The translations under genes were made by a program, and so were the position numbers. DNA of 29,443 nucleotides from IMG/VR virus record IMGVR_UViG_2609459795_000003, one strand, 5' to 3'. The notes under the pieces are model-generated. The model was not told where the DNA came from. It saw nothing but the letters and a program-made list of their open reading frames with translations, and ran no database searches. The DNA is from a virus. Its lineage: Duplodnaviria; Heunggongvirae; Uroviricota; Caudoviricetes. This document shows positions 8,588 to 18,745 of this stretch, piece after piece. Within the stretch, counting starts at the first letter, position 1. Every line of letters starts with the position of its first letter.

Positions 8588-10083
8588 TATGAAGACTCCT
8601 CTGAATACTGAAGACGGAACTGGTTAACCACGGCAAAGACACGCAACTGGTTAACATAGTCAGGCGGGAACAGCGTGTTCAGGCGGTTCGGATCGCTGGC
8701 ATCACGCTCCACAACCAGGTACTGCTTAAACAGTTCGTAGTTTTCCACGATCCCCGCACGCTCAAGCTGACGGTAGGTTGCCAGCAGTTCCCCTTTGATC
8801 ACCGCCGGGGTGACAATCGCCTGACCGGGACCAAAGCGGGTACCGTCACTGGCAAGCTTGTGACGCCCGTACTTACTGGTAATGACGGATTTCAGTTTGC
8901 GCAGTACATACGCGCTGGTATGCAGTGTCTCACTGTCGAGGTAGCTGTTATCCGCAACCCCGTAAGCGTTTTTCCTGTACGTGGTGACATCACGCTGAAT
9001 GCGCAGTACCCCGCTTTCGACATACGCCGTTGCCACGCCATGAGACAGCAGGGTCTGTTGTTCGGTCATCGTGAACCGTTTCCCCTTCGGCGCAGGCAGC
9101 ATACCCACCAGCTCACCGGTCTGCGTGGGACGTGCCGGATCGTTGCGAATAAACACCGCTGCGCGGGCGGTACGGCTTGCCGCCAGTTCGTCGGCAGGCG
9201 TCTGGGTCTCTTTTTCGTACCCCGCCAGGGTAATGTGCTGCTGGTTAAACTGGTCACCTGCGGTCACCAGTTCTGACAGCGTGCCGATCTTTGCCGTATA
9301 CACATGACCATACAGCTGACGCGCATAGCTCCAGCGACCGCTGGTATCGTTCATCTCGGTCACCAGCGTGTTAACGGAGGCCGTGTCGTTGAACGGCAGG
9401 CCGATATAATCAAACGGCTCATCCGCCATTGCAGCCACCGCGCCGGTGAGAACCGGAGCACCCGTTCCGGCGGTACCCGTCGCCACGGCAATCTGTACGC
9501 CCGCTGGCAGCACTTCGCCCCCACCAAAGCCGTAGTAATTGAGGCTGACAGGAATTTCATTCCCGCAAAGCCCCTTATGACGCGCGGTCAGTGTGACCAC
9601 ACCTGCCGAAGATGAAGCCGTAAACGGCAGGGCCGGAACGGCATTGATGGCATCTTTGATACTGCTGGCAATCGTCGTGACGTTATCGCCGTTGGTCACC
9701 GGAGCCTGCACGCGGGTACGTCCCACATAGACATTCACCGTGCCGCTTTCGGTTGCTTCCCCGGTCACCGTCAGCGTAACCGTTGCCGCCGCGCCTGTGG
9801 CTTCCGGAACGGCAATCACATACAGCTCACCAAACGGGTCGGTCTGGCGATAAGCCTCGACCATACGCGCCAGCTGACTTCCCGCACCACAAATCTGGCG
9901 TGCATAGTCTGCCGACGGCATCAGCACCAGACTGTTGGCAACAATCTCTGCACCGTTACTGGCATGACCAATCAGCAGCGATGCTCCGCTGTCCTGTGCA
10001 GTATTCGCCGCCTGGTTATCCATTTCCGCATAAAACAGCGGAACCAGCGTATTCGACGGAATGGTGTTAAAGCTTATCGTCAT
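8587..10083 (-). CDS. Tail sheath protein (Mu gp39-like)
   Basis: 498-aa ORF followed by the tube gene; canonical sheath-tube-chaperone-tape measure order. Confidence 0.8.
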   Translation of the reverse strand: MTISFNTIPSNTLVPLFYAEMDNQAANTAQDSGASLLIGHASNGAEIVANSLVLMPSADYARQICGAGSQLARMVEAYRQTDPFGELYVIAVPEATGAAATVTLTVTGEATESGTVNVYVGRTRVQAPVTNGDNVTTIASSIKDAINAVPALPFTASSSAGVVTLTARHKGLCGNEIPVSLNYYGFGGGEVLPAGVQIAVATGTAGTGAPVLTGAVAAMADEPFDYIGLPFNDTASVNTLVTEMNDTSGRWSYARQLYGHVYTAKIGTLSELVTAGDQFNQQHITLAGYEKETQTPADELAASRTARAAVFIRNDPARPTQTGELVGMLPAPKGKRFTMTEQQTLLSHGVATAYVESGVLRIQRDVTTYRKNAYGVADNSYLDSETLHTSAYVLRKLKSVITSKYGRHKLASDGTRFGPGQAIVTPAVIKGELLATYRQLERAGIVENYELFKQYLVVERDASDPNRLNTLFPPDYVNQLRVFAVVNQFRLQYSEESS

Positions 10084-10237
10084 CGGTGTTCACCTTTTTA
10101 TTCACGCGCCGGATATCACCAGCTGCTTCACGGCGCAGCCAGTAGTTGTTCTCGTCAACATTTCGCCCTTCGGCGGGCAAAAGGTCGCTGCGGGCAGGGT
10201 CAGGCACTGACCGCCCTTTAACAGGTTTCACAAACAT
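10067..10237 (-). CDS. Small hypothetical protein between gp37-like gene and sheath
   Basis: 56-codon ORF found by hand translation (MFVKPVKGRSVPDPARSDLL...NTDDDKL*), below the ORF-track size cutoff; fills the gap between neighbours and overlaps the sheath start. No RBS evidence. Confidence 0.25.
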   Translation of the reverse strand: MFVKPVKGRSVPDPARSDLLPAEGRNVDENNYWLRREAAGDIRRVNKKVNTDDDKL

Positions 10238-10245
10238 GAGGATCC

Positions 10246-10806
10246 TCAGGAAGGAATGGTTATTTCTGTGTGATGTTCGATATCGCCGTCAGGCCCGTTA
10301 CCGGGATCGAGATAATCAACATCAATCGCCAGCGTTTGCAGTTCATCCAGACTGTTCAGATCATCCTGCTGGCGGGTATCGTCTTCAGTCAGCTCGCTGA
10401 TGACCGAAAAATCGAACTGATAAATCAGCTCATGACGATTCAGATCCAGCAGCGTGCCGCCGTCATAGGTAATCGGGTTACCGCACGCCTCCGGGTTCCA
10501 GCCCAGCAGAGCCTTAAAGAGCATCTGCCGGACATCGTCCACCACATCATACGAGGCAAACTGACCGCGCTCATCACGCCCGTTACTCAGTATGACAATC
10601 ACGGAGAAACCCTCTTTCAGCGCCTGCCAGTAGTCGGTCTGGCTTTTGTTTTCTCCCGGAGAATCATCACCCGGTACAACATATGCCGCCGGGAGTTTCA
10701 GCTTTCCGACCTCCGGCAGATTTTTGAACTGGGCCGCACCTGCAACCCGGTTTTCAAAATACGGACAGCGGGCACGCAGTGCAGCAATAACAGGCGTCAG
10801 TTTCAT
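10246..10806 (-). CDS. Mu gp37-like protein (putative tail completion protein)
   Basis: 186-aa acidic ORF immediately upstream of the sheath region; 4-nt overlap with the upstream gene. Confidence 0.45.
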   Translation of the reverse strand: MKLTPVIAALRARCPYFENRVAGAAQFKNLPEVGKLKLPAAYVVPGDDSPGENKSQTDYWQALKEGFSVIVILSNGRDERGQFASYDVVDDVRQMLFKALLGWNPEACGNPITYDGGTLLDLNRHELIYQFDFSVISELTEDDTRQQDDLNSLDELQTLAIDVDYLDPGNGPDGDIEHHTEITIPS

Positions 10807-11309
10807 CTGTGTCGTCGCTCCGGCTTCAGTGATTTACGCAATTCCCGCGCCAGAAAATAGCGTGTCCAGCTGCGGTTCTTTTCAAGCGTTTCCATCATGA
10901 AGTTATTACGTGGAGCCAGTCGCCAGCCGCTGCCACCGGATGCACCACGATGATGGCTGCGACGACGCTTTGCCCCTCGCCTCACTCCATAGAACAAAAA
11001 AGCCGGATAAAAATCACCAGTGATACGGCGGTTTCCCTCTCCATTACGCTGGTTAGGGGCTATACGTGCCATAAAACCAGGGCGATGTTTACTGGCTCTG
11101 GGTACCATGTAACCAATCGAACGAGCCAGGCGTCCGGTCTGATAACCGGGGTTTTCACCCGGTGCCGACCGCGCACGGCGCATCACCAGCCGACGGGCAT
11201 CACGCATATGACGCTGACCAATCGTGACAAACGCCCGCCGGACACGGGCGCGGTTAAAGCGCATCTCCGTGGGCTGCTGAAAATCAACGTGCAAAAAGGA
11301 AGTCGCCAT
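10803..11309 (-). CDS. Putative neck / virion morphogenesis protein
   Basis: 168-aa arginine-rich ORF between head-tail adaptor and tail genes; true start probably an internal Met because the 5' end overlaps the upstream gene. Confidence 0.4.
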   Translation of the reverse strand: MATSFLHVDFQQPTEMRFNRARVRRAFVTIGQRHMRDARRLVMRRARSAPGENPGYQTGRLARSIGYMVPRASKHRPGFMARIAPNQRNGEGNRRITGDFYPAFLFYGVRRGAKRRRSHHRGASGGSGWRLAPRNNFMMETLEKNRSWTRYFLARELRKSLKPERRHR

Positions 11310-11694
11310 TGCTGCCTCCGTGACTCTGCCTACATTCGCCCAGCTCCGTACACTCCAGCAGCAGAAAGCGCCGCGCTCCGTTCAGATCGCGCTGACGTTT
11401 CACCCGGTACACACTGTCACCGCAGACCACCTCATAATCAGAGGTGATCCCCCGGCGGTAACGAATGGTGATGTAATGGGTGATGGCGTCTCCGGTCTGC
11501 GCGGTTTCCTGCCAGGTGGTGGCACTGGTCTGGATAACCTTCGCCCATGTACTGAACGCAACCGGGTATTGAGGCTCCACGCCAAAGTTATCTGCGGGCA
11601 TATCCACCCGCTGGCGGATCAGGACGCGTTTATTCAGTTCACCGGGGTCCGGCAGAATGTAGGTTGCGCTGGTCTGTGCCTGGCTAATTTTCAT
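11284..11694 (-). CDS. Head-tail adaptor / head closure protein
   Basis: 136-aa ORF after the connector gene; contains an IRYRR...Y.V pattern reminiscent of head-tail joining proteins (from memory). Confidence 0.5.
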   Translation of the reverse strand: MKISQAQTSATYILPDPGELNKRVLIRQRVDMPADNFGVEPQYPVAFSTWAKVIQTSATTWQETAQTGDAITHYITIRYRRGITSDYEVVCGDSVYRVKRQRDLNGARRFLLLECTELGECRQSHGGSNGDFLFAR

Positions 11695-12020
11695 TGCGGA
11701 AAGTACCTGTACGGGCTGACAAGCCAGCCAAAACTCTGCGGCATGTCGAGTTTCTCCACTTCCGTAACCGACGAGCGGTTTTCGTAAAAGTGGCTGATAA
11801 GCATCAGCATCCCAAGACGAATATCATCCGGCAGGTGCAGCCCGTCCGGATCGCTGTCCGGAATGGATTCATCCGGTGCATAGAGCTTCCGGTTCAGATA
11901 CGTTTCCGTCCGCTTTTGCGCCGCACAGGCCAGCAGTTGCAGATGGCGGTCATCGGCATCGAAATCCTCATCCAGCCGGAGTTGGGCTTTAATCTCTTCC
12001 AGTGTCAGAAGCATTCTCAT
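11691..12020 (-). CDS. Head-tail connector protein (gp6-like)
   Basis: 109-aa ORF downstream of the capsid gene; ATGA-type overlap with the next gene; typical position. Confidence 0.5.
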   Translation of the reverse strand: MRMLLTLEEIKAQLRLDEDFDADDRHLQLLACAAQKRTETYLNRKLYAPDESIPDSDPDGLHLPDDIRLGMLMLISHFYENRSSVTEVEKLDMPQSFGWLVSPYRYFPQ

Positions 12021-12216
12021 CCCTCTTTACTGGCCGTGGCTTTTTCTCTTTTGCCGCTTTACTGCTTTTTGCACTGGTTCCGCGCTCTGCTAACCCGGCC
12101 TGAAGTGCAATCTCCTGCACCCGGGCAGGAAGCGCCCCGTCGTCATACTCACCGGCCCTAATAACCTCAACACGCATACCGTCCGGTGACCATTTAAGAT
12201 CTTGTTTCAGGATCAT
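11989..12216 (-). CDS. Small hypothetical protein downstream of capsid gene
   Basis: 75-aa ORF with a lysine-rich C-terminus in the capsid-connector gap. Confidence 0.3.
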   Translation of the reverse strand: MILKQDLKWSPDGMRVEVIRAGEYDDGALPARVQEIALQAGLAERGTSAKSSKAAKEKKPRPVKRDENASDTGRD

Positions 12217-12265
12217 GATTCTTCACCCTTCAGAACAGGGGGCGCGGAACCGCGCCCATGAGCGA

Positions 12266-13471
12266 TTACTTCTCTGCAATCTTCAGCAGTTTGATGGCCT
12301 GCGAATCGACCAGCATTCCGCCGGTGCGCTTGGTGGTATAAAAACCGACAAACGGTTTATTGGTGTACGGGTCACGCAGAATGCGGGTGCCGATACGGTC
12401 AACGATGGTGTAACCCCGTTTGAAGTTACCAAATGCGATGGCTTTCGCATCCGCAGCAATATCCGGCATCTGTTCGTTTTCAGCAATACCGTACCCCAGC
12501 AGAGAAGAAGGCTGCCCCAGTTCCAGCCCCGGACGCCACAGATAGTTACCCTCGTTGTCTTTCAACAGACGAATGGCAAACAGGCTGTTGTTGTTCATCA
12601 TGAACTTCGCGCCAGTGCGGTGTGCCTTACGCAGCGTGTAAATCAGTTTGATAATGGCGTCTGCGGTCACCGCAGTCGCTTCGCCGGATACAATATGCTG
12701 AAGTTTGCCGAACGCCCGGACCTTATCGGTTTCATCAGTGGATTCATACGCCAGGAACCCTTTCGGCTTCTTGGTGCCATCGCCTGAGGTAAAGGCAATT
12801 TCTTCCTGTTCGGCAAATTCGGTTGCCAGCTCGCTGTTGATCCATGCTTCCACGTTGAAAAAGGCATCATCCAGCATTTTCTGGGTGGCCTGCGGGTTAC
12901 CGTAGATTTCCCCCATGAAAGGTTCAATCAGGCCCAGTTTTGAGGTGGCAGTCTGGGAGCGCGCGTCAGTCTCGCCAACCCATCCGGAAGCCGTGCCGCC
13001 CAGATTCACCAGTTTTTTGTAGTCGGAACCACCAATGGTGATCACCGTGGCTTCCTGACGCATCACCACTTCATCTTTCAGCAAGGTCAGAATGTTGCGA
13101 TCCAGCGCTTCCGGCACGGCATAGCCGCCGTCTTCATCGGTGCCCACCTGTAATGCCTTGCGCTCCAGATCGCGCAGACCATCTTCACGGCCTTTACGCA
13201 GGAAGCCCACAAACGCTTCTTTATGCTCGGTGGTCAGTTTATTTTGCGCACCACCTGCCGGACGTTTCAGCTCAAGCAGCTCTTTTTCAAGATCGCTTTT
13301 GAGGTTTTCCAGCTCGCTGAGTTTTCCGTTCAGGGTTTCCACCTGCCCGGCAAGCTTGCCTTTTTCCTGCTCAATCGCATCCACGCGCTTGTCGTTCTTT
13401 GCTTTGAAGTCGTCAAACTTCTGCTGCAGCTCCTGCGCGACCTGTTCGACATCTTTAATATCAACCGCCAT
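12266..13471 (-). CDS. Major capsid protein, HK97 fold, with N-terminal coiled-coil delta (scaffold) domain
   Basis: 401-aa ORF; first ~100 aa highly charged heptad-like (DIKDVEQVAQELQQKFDDFKAKNDKRVDAIEQEKGKLAG...), followed by a typical capsid body; directly after the prohead protease. Confidence 0.85.
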   Translation of the reverse strand: MAVDIKDVEQVAQELQQKFDDFKAKNDKRVDAIEQEKGKLAGQVETLNGKLSELENLKSDLEKELLELKRPAGGAQNKLTTEHKEAFVGFLRKGREDGLRDLERKALQVGTDEDGGYAVPEALDRNILTLLKDEVVMRQEATVITIGGSDYKKLVNLGGTASGWVGETDARSQTATSKLGLIEPFMGEIYGNPQATQKMLDDAFFNVEAWINSELATEFAEQEEIAFTSGDGTKKPKGFLAYESTDETDKVRAFGKLQHIVSGEATAVTADAIIKLIYTLRKAHRTGAKFMMNNNSLFAIRLLKDNEGNYLWRPGLELGQPSSLLGYGIAENEQMPDIAADAKAIAFGNFKRGYTIVDRIGTRILRDPYTNKPFVGFYTTKRTGGMLVDSQAIKLLKIAEK

Positions 13472-13485
13472 CGTATTTCTCCTGA

Positions 13486-14172
13486 TTAGAAGTTCAGATT
13501 TTTCAGTGCATTCAGTGCAGAGCCCACATCCTCAGCGTCGCGCAGGGACAGTGCGCCATAGCCCCCGGCCATGAATGCTTTGGCCTGGGTACGGGAGAGT
13601 CCGACATCACGCAGGACTCTTTCGATTTTTTTCTGTTCGGGGATTTCCCCGCGGGCCAGTGCGTTCTTGACGTCGCTGATCCGCGCCTCGTCGTTAGACG
13701 GGAACGTCACCAGGCTGACTTCCCAGAGGTCGATTTCTTTCAGCAGAAAGGCTTCTTTGCTCCGGTCATATTCCCAGTCTTTCAGGACGTACCCAATAGA
13801 AAGGCCGGTTAACGAACCGGCCTTCATGTGTGCATGTGCGCGTTTTGCGAGGGGATCATCATCAATAAGCAACCGTCCCCTGACGTAAAGCCCGACATCG
13901 TCTTCCTTCATTTCGGTGTAAACACCGATGGGTTCATCCATGCGGTGCTGCCAGAGCAGCGCAGGTAACGCTTTTCTGTCACTCCACGCCCGCAGGGAAG
14001 CAGCAAATGCCCCGGACATCACCACATCATCGTGGCTGTCCTTTACACCAAAGACGGAGCCATACCCTTCAAACTCACCGGAGTCACTGACAGATTTCAG
14101 ACTCAGCGGTACATCAAGACGTTGTTTCGTCTGCATTGGCGTTATCCTTCTGCTTACCGGCTTTACTGCCAT
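13486..14172 (-). CDS. Prohead protease (HK97 / S78 family)
   Basis: 228-aa ORF between portal and capsid; motif ...DSHDDVVMSGAF... resembles the catalytic region of this family. True start may be the internal Met (MQTKQ...) because the 5' end overlaps the portal gene. Confidence 0.75.
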   Translation of the reverse strand: MAVKPVSRRITPMQTKQRLDVPLSLKSVSDSGEFEGYGSVFGVKDSHDDVVMSGAFAASLRAWSDRKALPALLWQHRMDEPIGVYTEMKEDDVGLYVRGRLLIDDDPLAKRAHAHMKAGSLTGLSIGYVLKDWEYDRSKEAFLLKEIDLWEVSLVTFPSNDEARISDVKNALARGEIPEQKKIERVLRDVGLSRTQAKAFMAGGYGALSLRDAEDVGSALNALKNLNF

Positions 14173-15355
14173 CGGAGGGCTTCGTGGTCATGTTCATCGG
14201 TGTGAGATAGACATCACCACCGGGACGCGGATTCATATCTTCCAGGTCGCGGCAGTCATTGGGAGAGTAAATTCCCCAGTTGATCCCGGTGGCGTAGGCT
14301 TCAAAACGGGACTTCATATCCCCGCGCAGTAACGCCCCGGCGTTAAATTTGGCGTAATAAACGCCCTGCTTACTTTTTCGTACCAGTCCGGTGTTGATCC
14401 GCTGTTCGATGCGGGTCAGATACGGCACCAGTGAATAGTTGATAAATCCCAGCCCCAGCTCTTCGATATTGTTGAAGGTGGCGCGATCGGTGTTCTGCAC
14501 CATGTGCAACGGCACCCGGAACAGACGACAGATTTCTTCAAGCTGAAACTTGCGGGTTTCCAGGAACTGGCTGTCCTCGGCGTTCAGCGCCATCGACTTC
14601 CAGTCCAGCCCCATCTCAAGGATCATCGGGCGGTGAGCATTGCCAAGCCCGGTGTGACGCTCCTCAAAATCTTTCTTCAGGCGCTCATAAGCCTGATCTG
14701 ACAGCGTCTGCTCTGTACGCAACACACCCGACGTCACCGCGCCATTGCTGAACAGTCTGGCCCCGTGCTCTTCGGTCGCTGCCGCCAGCGATATTGCCTC
14801 GCGGGCATAGGCGATGGGATTCAGCCCCACCAGTCCGTCCAGCGTCAGCGTGCGCACATGCCAGATATCCTCCTGGCTCAGTACATCCGTGGAGCCATCC
14901 GGGAATGTGACCTGATAGACCGGCTCCCAGCTACTGTTAAGCTTCGGTACCACACAGCCGGGATCGACGGGCAGCAGTTCAGCCACTTCGCCAAATGCTT
15001 TCACTTTGTAGGCGTAAAAGTTTCCCCGCAGACACAGACAGGTGACCACCAGCTCCCAGAACTCCTGCGGCGTCATATAGCCATTGGGATGCGTGGAGAT
15101 CAGCTTATGCAGACGTTCGCCAGTGGCTCTCTGCTTCAGGCTGCCGTTCAGGTGATACAGGTTGCAGGGCAACATCCCGACCGACTCCGCCAGCACCCTG
15201 ACACAGGAAAAAACCGCCGTCAGTCGCATGGCCCGCTGGCTGCTGATCTGCTTTCCGGTATAGGTGTCGTAGGACAACCCGATAGCATCCGCCAGCTCTG
15301 CTGGCGTGGTCACCGGTGCGTCACTTTTTCGTTGAAATAATCCCGAAAAGAACAC
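14114..15355 (-). CDS. Portal protein (HK97 family)
   Basis: 413-aa ORF immediately downstream of terminase large subunit and upstream of protease and capsid. Confidence 0.85.
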   Translation of the reverse strand: MFFSGLFQRKSDAPVTTPAELADAIGLSYDTYTGKQISSQRAMRLTAVFSCVRVLAESVGMLPCNLYHLNGSLKQRATGERLHKLISTHPNGYMTPQEFWELVVTCLCLRGNFYAYKVKAFGEVAELLPVDPGCVVPKLNSSWEPVYQVTFPDGSTDVLSQEDIWHVRTLTLDGLVGLNPIAYAREAISLAAATEEHGARLFSNGAVTSGVLRTEQTLSDQAYERLKKDFEERHTGLGNAHRPMILEMGLDWKSMALNAEDSQFLETRKFQLEEICRLFRVPLHMVQNTDRATFNNIEELGLGFINYSLVPYLTRIEQRINTGLVRKSKQGVYYAKFNAGALLRGDMKSRFEAYATGINWGIYSPNDCRDLEDMNPRPGGDVYLTPMNMTTKPSDGSKAGKQKDNANADETTS

Positions 15356-15537
15356 TATTTACCTCCGCCGACAGACGACTGTGTACGGTCGAGATATCGC
15401 GCCACCAGCCACGACCAGAACAGGCACAACGCCCCGGCAACAACAAACCCCGCCGGGGGATAAATCAGCCAGGCACCATACGCCAGCAAAAGCGCCCCCA
15501 GCACGCCCACCAGAGGCGCGAGAATCAGCATGATCAT
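15355..15537 (-). CDS. Small putative membrane protein between terminase and portal
   Basis: 60-aa ORF with two hydrophobic stretches ([26 protein letters not shown]... and ...[16 protein letters not shown]); fills the terminase-portal gap exactly. Confidence 0.3.
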
Positions 15538-15548
15538 AATTACCTCAG

Positions 15549-17282
15549 TTAAAGCGAGCGGATCCCATAGGACTCAATGTGGTCAGACAGCGTGTCTTCT
15601 TTCTCGTACAGCATGGCTCTGCCAACCGCCATAATCAGCGCAACTGCACCATCGATTTTGTTTTCCGCCTGCTCTTTGACGGGCTTCACCACATCATCGT
15701 TACCCGGAATGGTTTTGCCGACCACGTTGCCGATACACCAGGTCATGATGGGATTGCCATCATGATGAAAGCGCCCCGATTCAATTGCCGCTTCCAGCTC
15801 TTTCATCGGGTCGGACATGTTGGTGTAGTTCTGAATGATAGTGATGGGGTTCAGGTCTTCATCAGCAAGGTCATGTGACAACCCGGTCGCCCCGAAGGGG
15901 TCGATGGGTGACTCACTGACCGGGCTGATTTTGTTCGCCGCTTTGGCCTCCTCGAGGATGTAGCGATAATCCACCTCCGCACCATCGGTAACGGTCAGAA
16001 CGCCCATTTCCACCCATTTCTGAAAGCGTTCGGCTGTCCGTCGATCTTCATTTTTCTCGACGCTGTACACCGTGTCATACGGTACCCAGAAACGCGGGGC
16101 CACACTGTAGTAATGCGTTTTACCGTCAATCTCGCGGGTATAAAGTCGCGCCATACTGTTCATATCCAGCTTACGCGCCAGGTCAAAGGCCAGAATGCAC
16201 GGCTGCCCCTCGAACTGCTCAAGGGTCAGTGATTTATCCTCGCAGCTCTGCCAGCTCACCAGATTGAAATACGCCGAACGCGCCGACACCCAGATATTGA
16301 GGTGTTTTGTTTTAAAGACGTTTGCCAGACGGGCGTTATTTTTCGCACGCTGCTGCTGACTTAACAAAAATTCGCGATAAACCGACACGCCAATATTTGG
16401 ATTGGCTTTTTCCAGCACCTGCGGGTCGGTCCAGTCATCGCCTTCGTCAACGGTATAGATGATCCCGAACAGTTCATCGTTGGGTACCGACCCGTTGAGC
16501 ATCTCGATAACTTCCCGCCGCTTGTCGTAGCACGGCCCCTCAATGTTGTACCCGGCAGTAGTAATGGCCCACATCAGTGGCTGACGTCGCGCCCCCATCC
16601 CGGTAAGCATCGTGGTGTAAAGCGCATCGGTGGCGTGCTCGTGATATTCATCCACCACCGCACAGTGGGGTGATGAACCATCACCGGGGTTACCGATCAG
16701 CGGTTCAAAACGCGCACCATCCTCCGGACGGTTCATGTTTGAGGCGTTAACCTCAATCCCGAACGCTTCCGTCAGCATGGGTGTGCGTTTACACATCAGT
16801 CTTGCCGGACGAAAGACTTCCCATGCCTGTTTCTCCGTCGTGGCACCGGAATACACTTCCGCGCCGAACTCGTTATCACAGGCAAAACAATACAGGGCGA
16901 CACCGGCAGAGATTGCCGATTTGCCGTTCTTACGGGGGATTTCGGTATACACCTCACGGAAGCGGCGCAGCCGGGAGCCTTTATTGACCCAGCCAAACGC
17001 GCAGCAGATCACAAAGAGCTGCCACAGCTCCAGCGTGATGGGCATCCTCTTAAATGCCCACTCACCCTTGGTGTGCGGCAACAGCTGAATAAATTTAGCG
17101 GCCCGTTCAGCCAGGTCCTTGTCGAAGCGGTAACGAAACGACTTACTTTTTTCCGCCATCAGGTCATCAAGATGCCGCTGGCAGGCCTGAATCACAAACT
17201 GGCAGGCCACAATCTTTCCGCGCACGACATCACGGGCATACTGATTGGCAGCATTTACGTTGGGGTAAGATTTCCGGCTCAT
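15549..17282 (-). CDS. Terminase large subunit
   Basis: 577-aa ORF; 4-nt overlap with the small subunit gene; followed by portal. Confidence 0.9.
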
Positions 17283-17782
17283 GATTCGATGATTTTCAGA
17301 AACGGGTTAGTGGCTTTCTTCTTCCCCGCCAGGCCAATCAGACGCTGGCGGCTGCTGGGGTCGAGTCCGAGCATTGCCCCCGTACTGCTCATCTCGGACT
17401 CCTGTTCTTTTTTGGCGGTCAGCTCCGGATTTTTGACCATACCGCCCATTGCACCGGTGATGGTGTTGCCCTGTCTGGCAATATTTTTCACGGCACGTCG
17501 CCAGAACTCATAGGCCACACACCACCGCTCAAGCACTGCGAGGTCAGTCACGCACAGCAGGCCCTGACCGCAGAGTTCTTTAGTTGTCAGTTGCCACATG
17601 ATCGTGGCGAGAGGGAGATCTTCTTCAGCGAACCACTCCGGTGGCTCAACACCTTTGATGGGCGTAAAAACAGGTTCATCTTTATTCAGGGCTCGCTTGC
17701 CGGGGTTTCCGGCCAGCGCCTTGCGCGCCGTTGGCTTGGGGCGACGCCCGGAACGCCCCGCCGTTCCAGCCATATGCGGCAC
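17279..17782 (-). CDS. Terminase small subunit
   Basis: 167-aa ORF immediately upstream of the large subunit. The track start is GTG; an ATG at 17773 with AGGAG 8 nt upstream is the more likely start. Confidence 0.7.
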   Translation of the reverse strand: MPHMAGTAGRSGRRPKPTARKALAGNPGKRALNKDEPVFTPIKGVEPPEWFAEEDLPLATIMWQLTTKELCGQGLLCVTDLAVLERWCVAYEFWRRAVKNIARQGNTITGAMGGMVKNPELTAKKEQESEMSSTGAMLGLDPSSRQRLIGLAGKKKATNPFLKIIES

Positions 17783-17819
17783 TCCTGGTTAAATTTCATT
17801 TTTCGCGGGTATAAAAAAA

Positions 17820-17860
17820 CGATGGGGCGGGCAGTCCGGAAGGCGCGCGGTTGCAAAGAT
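17820..17860. other. Candidate cos (cohesive end) region
   Basis: GC-rich block GATGGGGCGGGCAGTCCGGAAGGCGCGCGG preceded by an A-run, in the HNH-to-terminase intergenic gap; GGGGCGG resembles the start of the lambda cohesive-end sequence as I recall it. Confidence 0.25.
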
Positions 17861-17899
17861 TCGACCTCCCCCTCCCCTGGCTGATGATGACATCAATTC

Positions 17900-18250
17900 T
17901 CACCTGAACCGCTCACGCGCGGTCTTCACTGCGTGACACGACCAGCACAGACTCTCAAGGTTGCTGTCTTCATCAGTGCCGCCGTGAGCCTTCGCCTTGA
18001 GGTGGTCCACGCAGGACGCTTGCTTCACAACTCCCTGCCGAAGATGGTTCTGACATAACCCTTTGTCGCGCTTTAGTATCCGCTCCCGGATGACTTCCCA
18101 CTTTGTTCCATATCCGCGCTGCTGCCGTGATTGACCTGGCTTGTAGGATTTCCAGCCCTCACCTTTATGATTTTCGCAGTAGCCTGACGGATCTGTAGTG
18201 GTAGAACGGCAGCCGCGAACACGGCAGGCTTTTGGGATTCGTGGCGGCAT
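17900..18250 (-). CDS. HNH endonuclease (terminase-associated)
   Basis: 116-aa ORF with Cys/His pairs (CRVRGC ... CENH ... CVDH ... CWSCH) adjacent to terminase, as in HK97-like cos phages. Confidence 0.75.
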   Translation of the reverse strand: MPPRIPKACRVRGCRSTTTDPSGYCENHKGEGWKSYKPGQSRQQRGYGTKWEVIRERILKRDKGLCQNHLRQGVVKQASCVDHLKAKAHGGTDEDSNLESLCWSCHAVKTARERFR

Positions 18251-18321
18251 ATGGAAAACTCCGGATAGAAATTATGATAGAAACCATGTTATTTAATAGC
18301 GTTTCAATCCGTTAAGTAACA

Positions 18322-18738
18322 ATGGTTATGCTCGTAAAGGACGCCCTGATGACAAATAACTACATGAATGATTTCCTCAAATACTCACAGCCATATGTTC
18401 CAAAGGACTACAATCTTGCAAATGAATTTCATAGACGCCTTATATGCTGGATAAATGATTTTCACCGTGAACTTGAAGAAGAGTATGAGGTAGGAGGACA
18501 ACTAGCTAGCTTTGGTAAAAACATTGAATTTCATTTCACAGACATAAGCTACTGGAATCCATCATTAATTTCTTTCATTGGTACTCTGGAGGATGGCAGT
18601 CCTGTAGAACTTGTTCAGCATGTATCTCAAATAAATGTCCTGCTAATCCGAAAAAAACGCTTATGCTTAGAGACCCCTAAAAGACCGATTGGGTTTGCTG
18701 ATTGGGGTGAATACGACTCCTTTAAAGGAGATAATTGA
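18322..18738 (+). CDS. AT-rich plus-strand moron: hypothetical soluble protein
   Basis: 138-aa ORF, opposite orientation to all flanking phage genes; visibly AT-rich. Likely start is the ATG at 18349 with AAGGA 7 nt upstream. No hydrophobic segments; family not recognised. Confidence 0.55.
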   Translation: MVMLVKDALMTNNYMNDFLKYSQPYVPKDYNLANEFHRRLICWINDFHRELEEEYEVGGQLASFGKNIEFHFTDISYWNPSLISFIGTLEDGSPVELVQHVSQINVLLIRKKRLCLETPKRPIGFADWGEYDSFKGDN

Positions 18739-18745
18739 TAACTTT

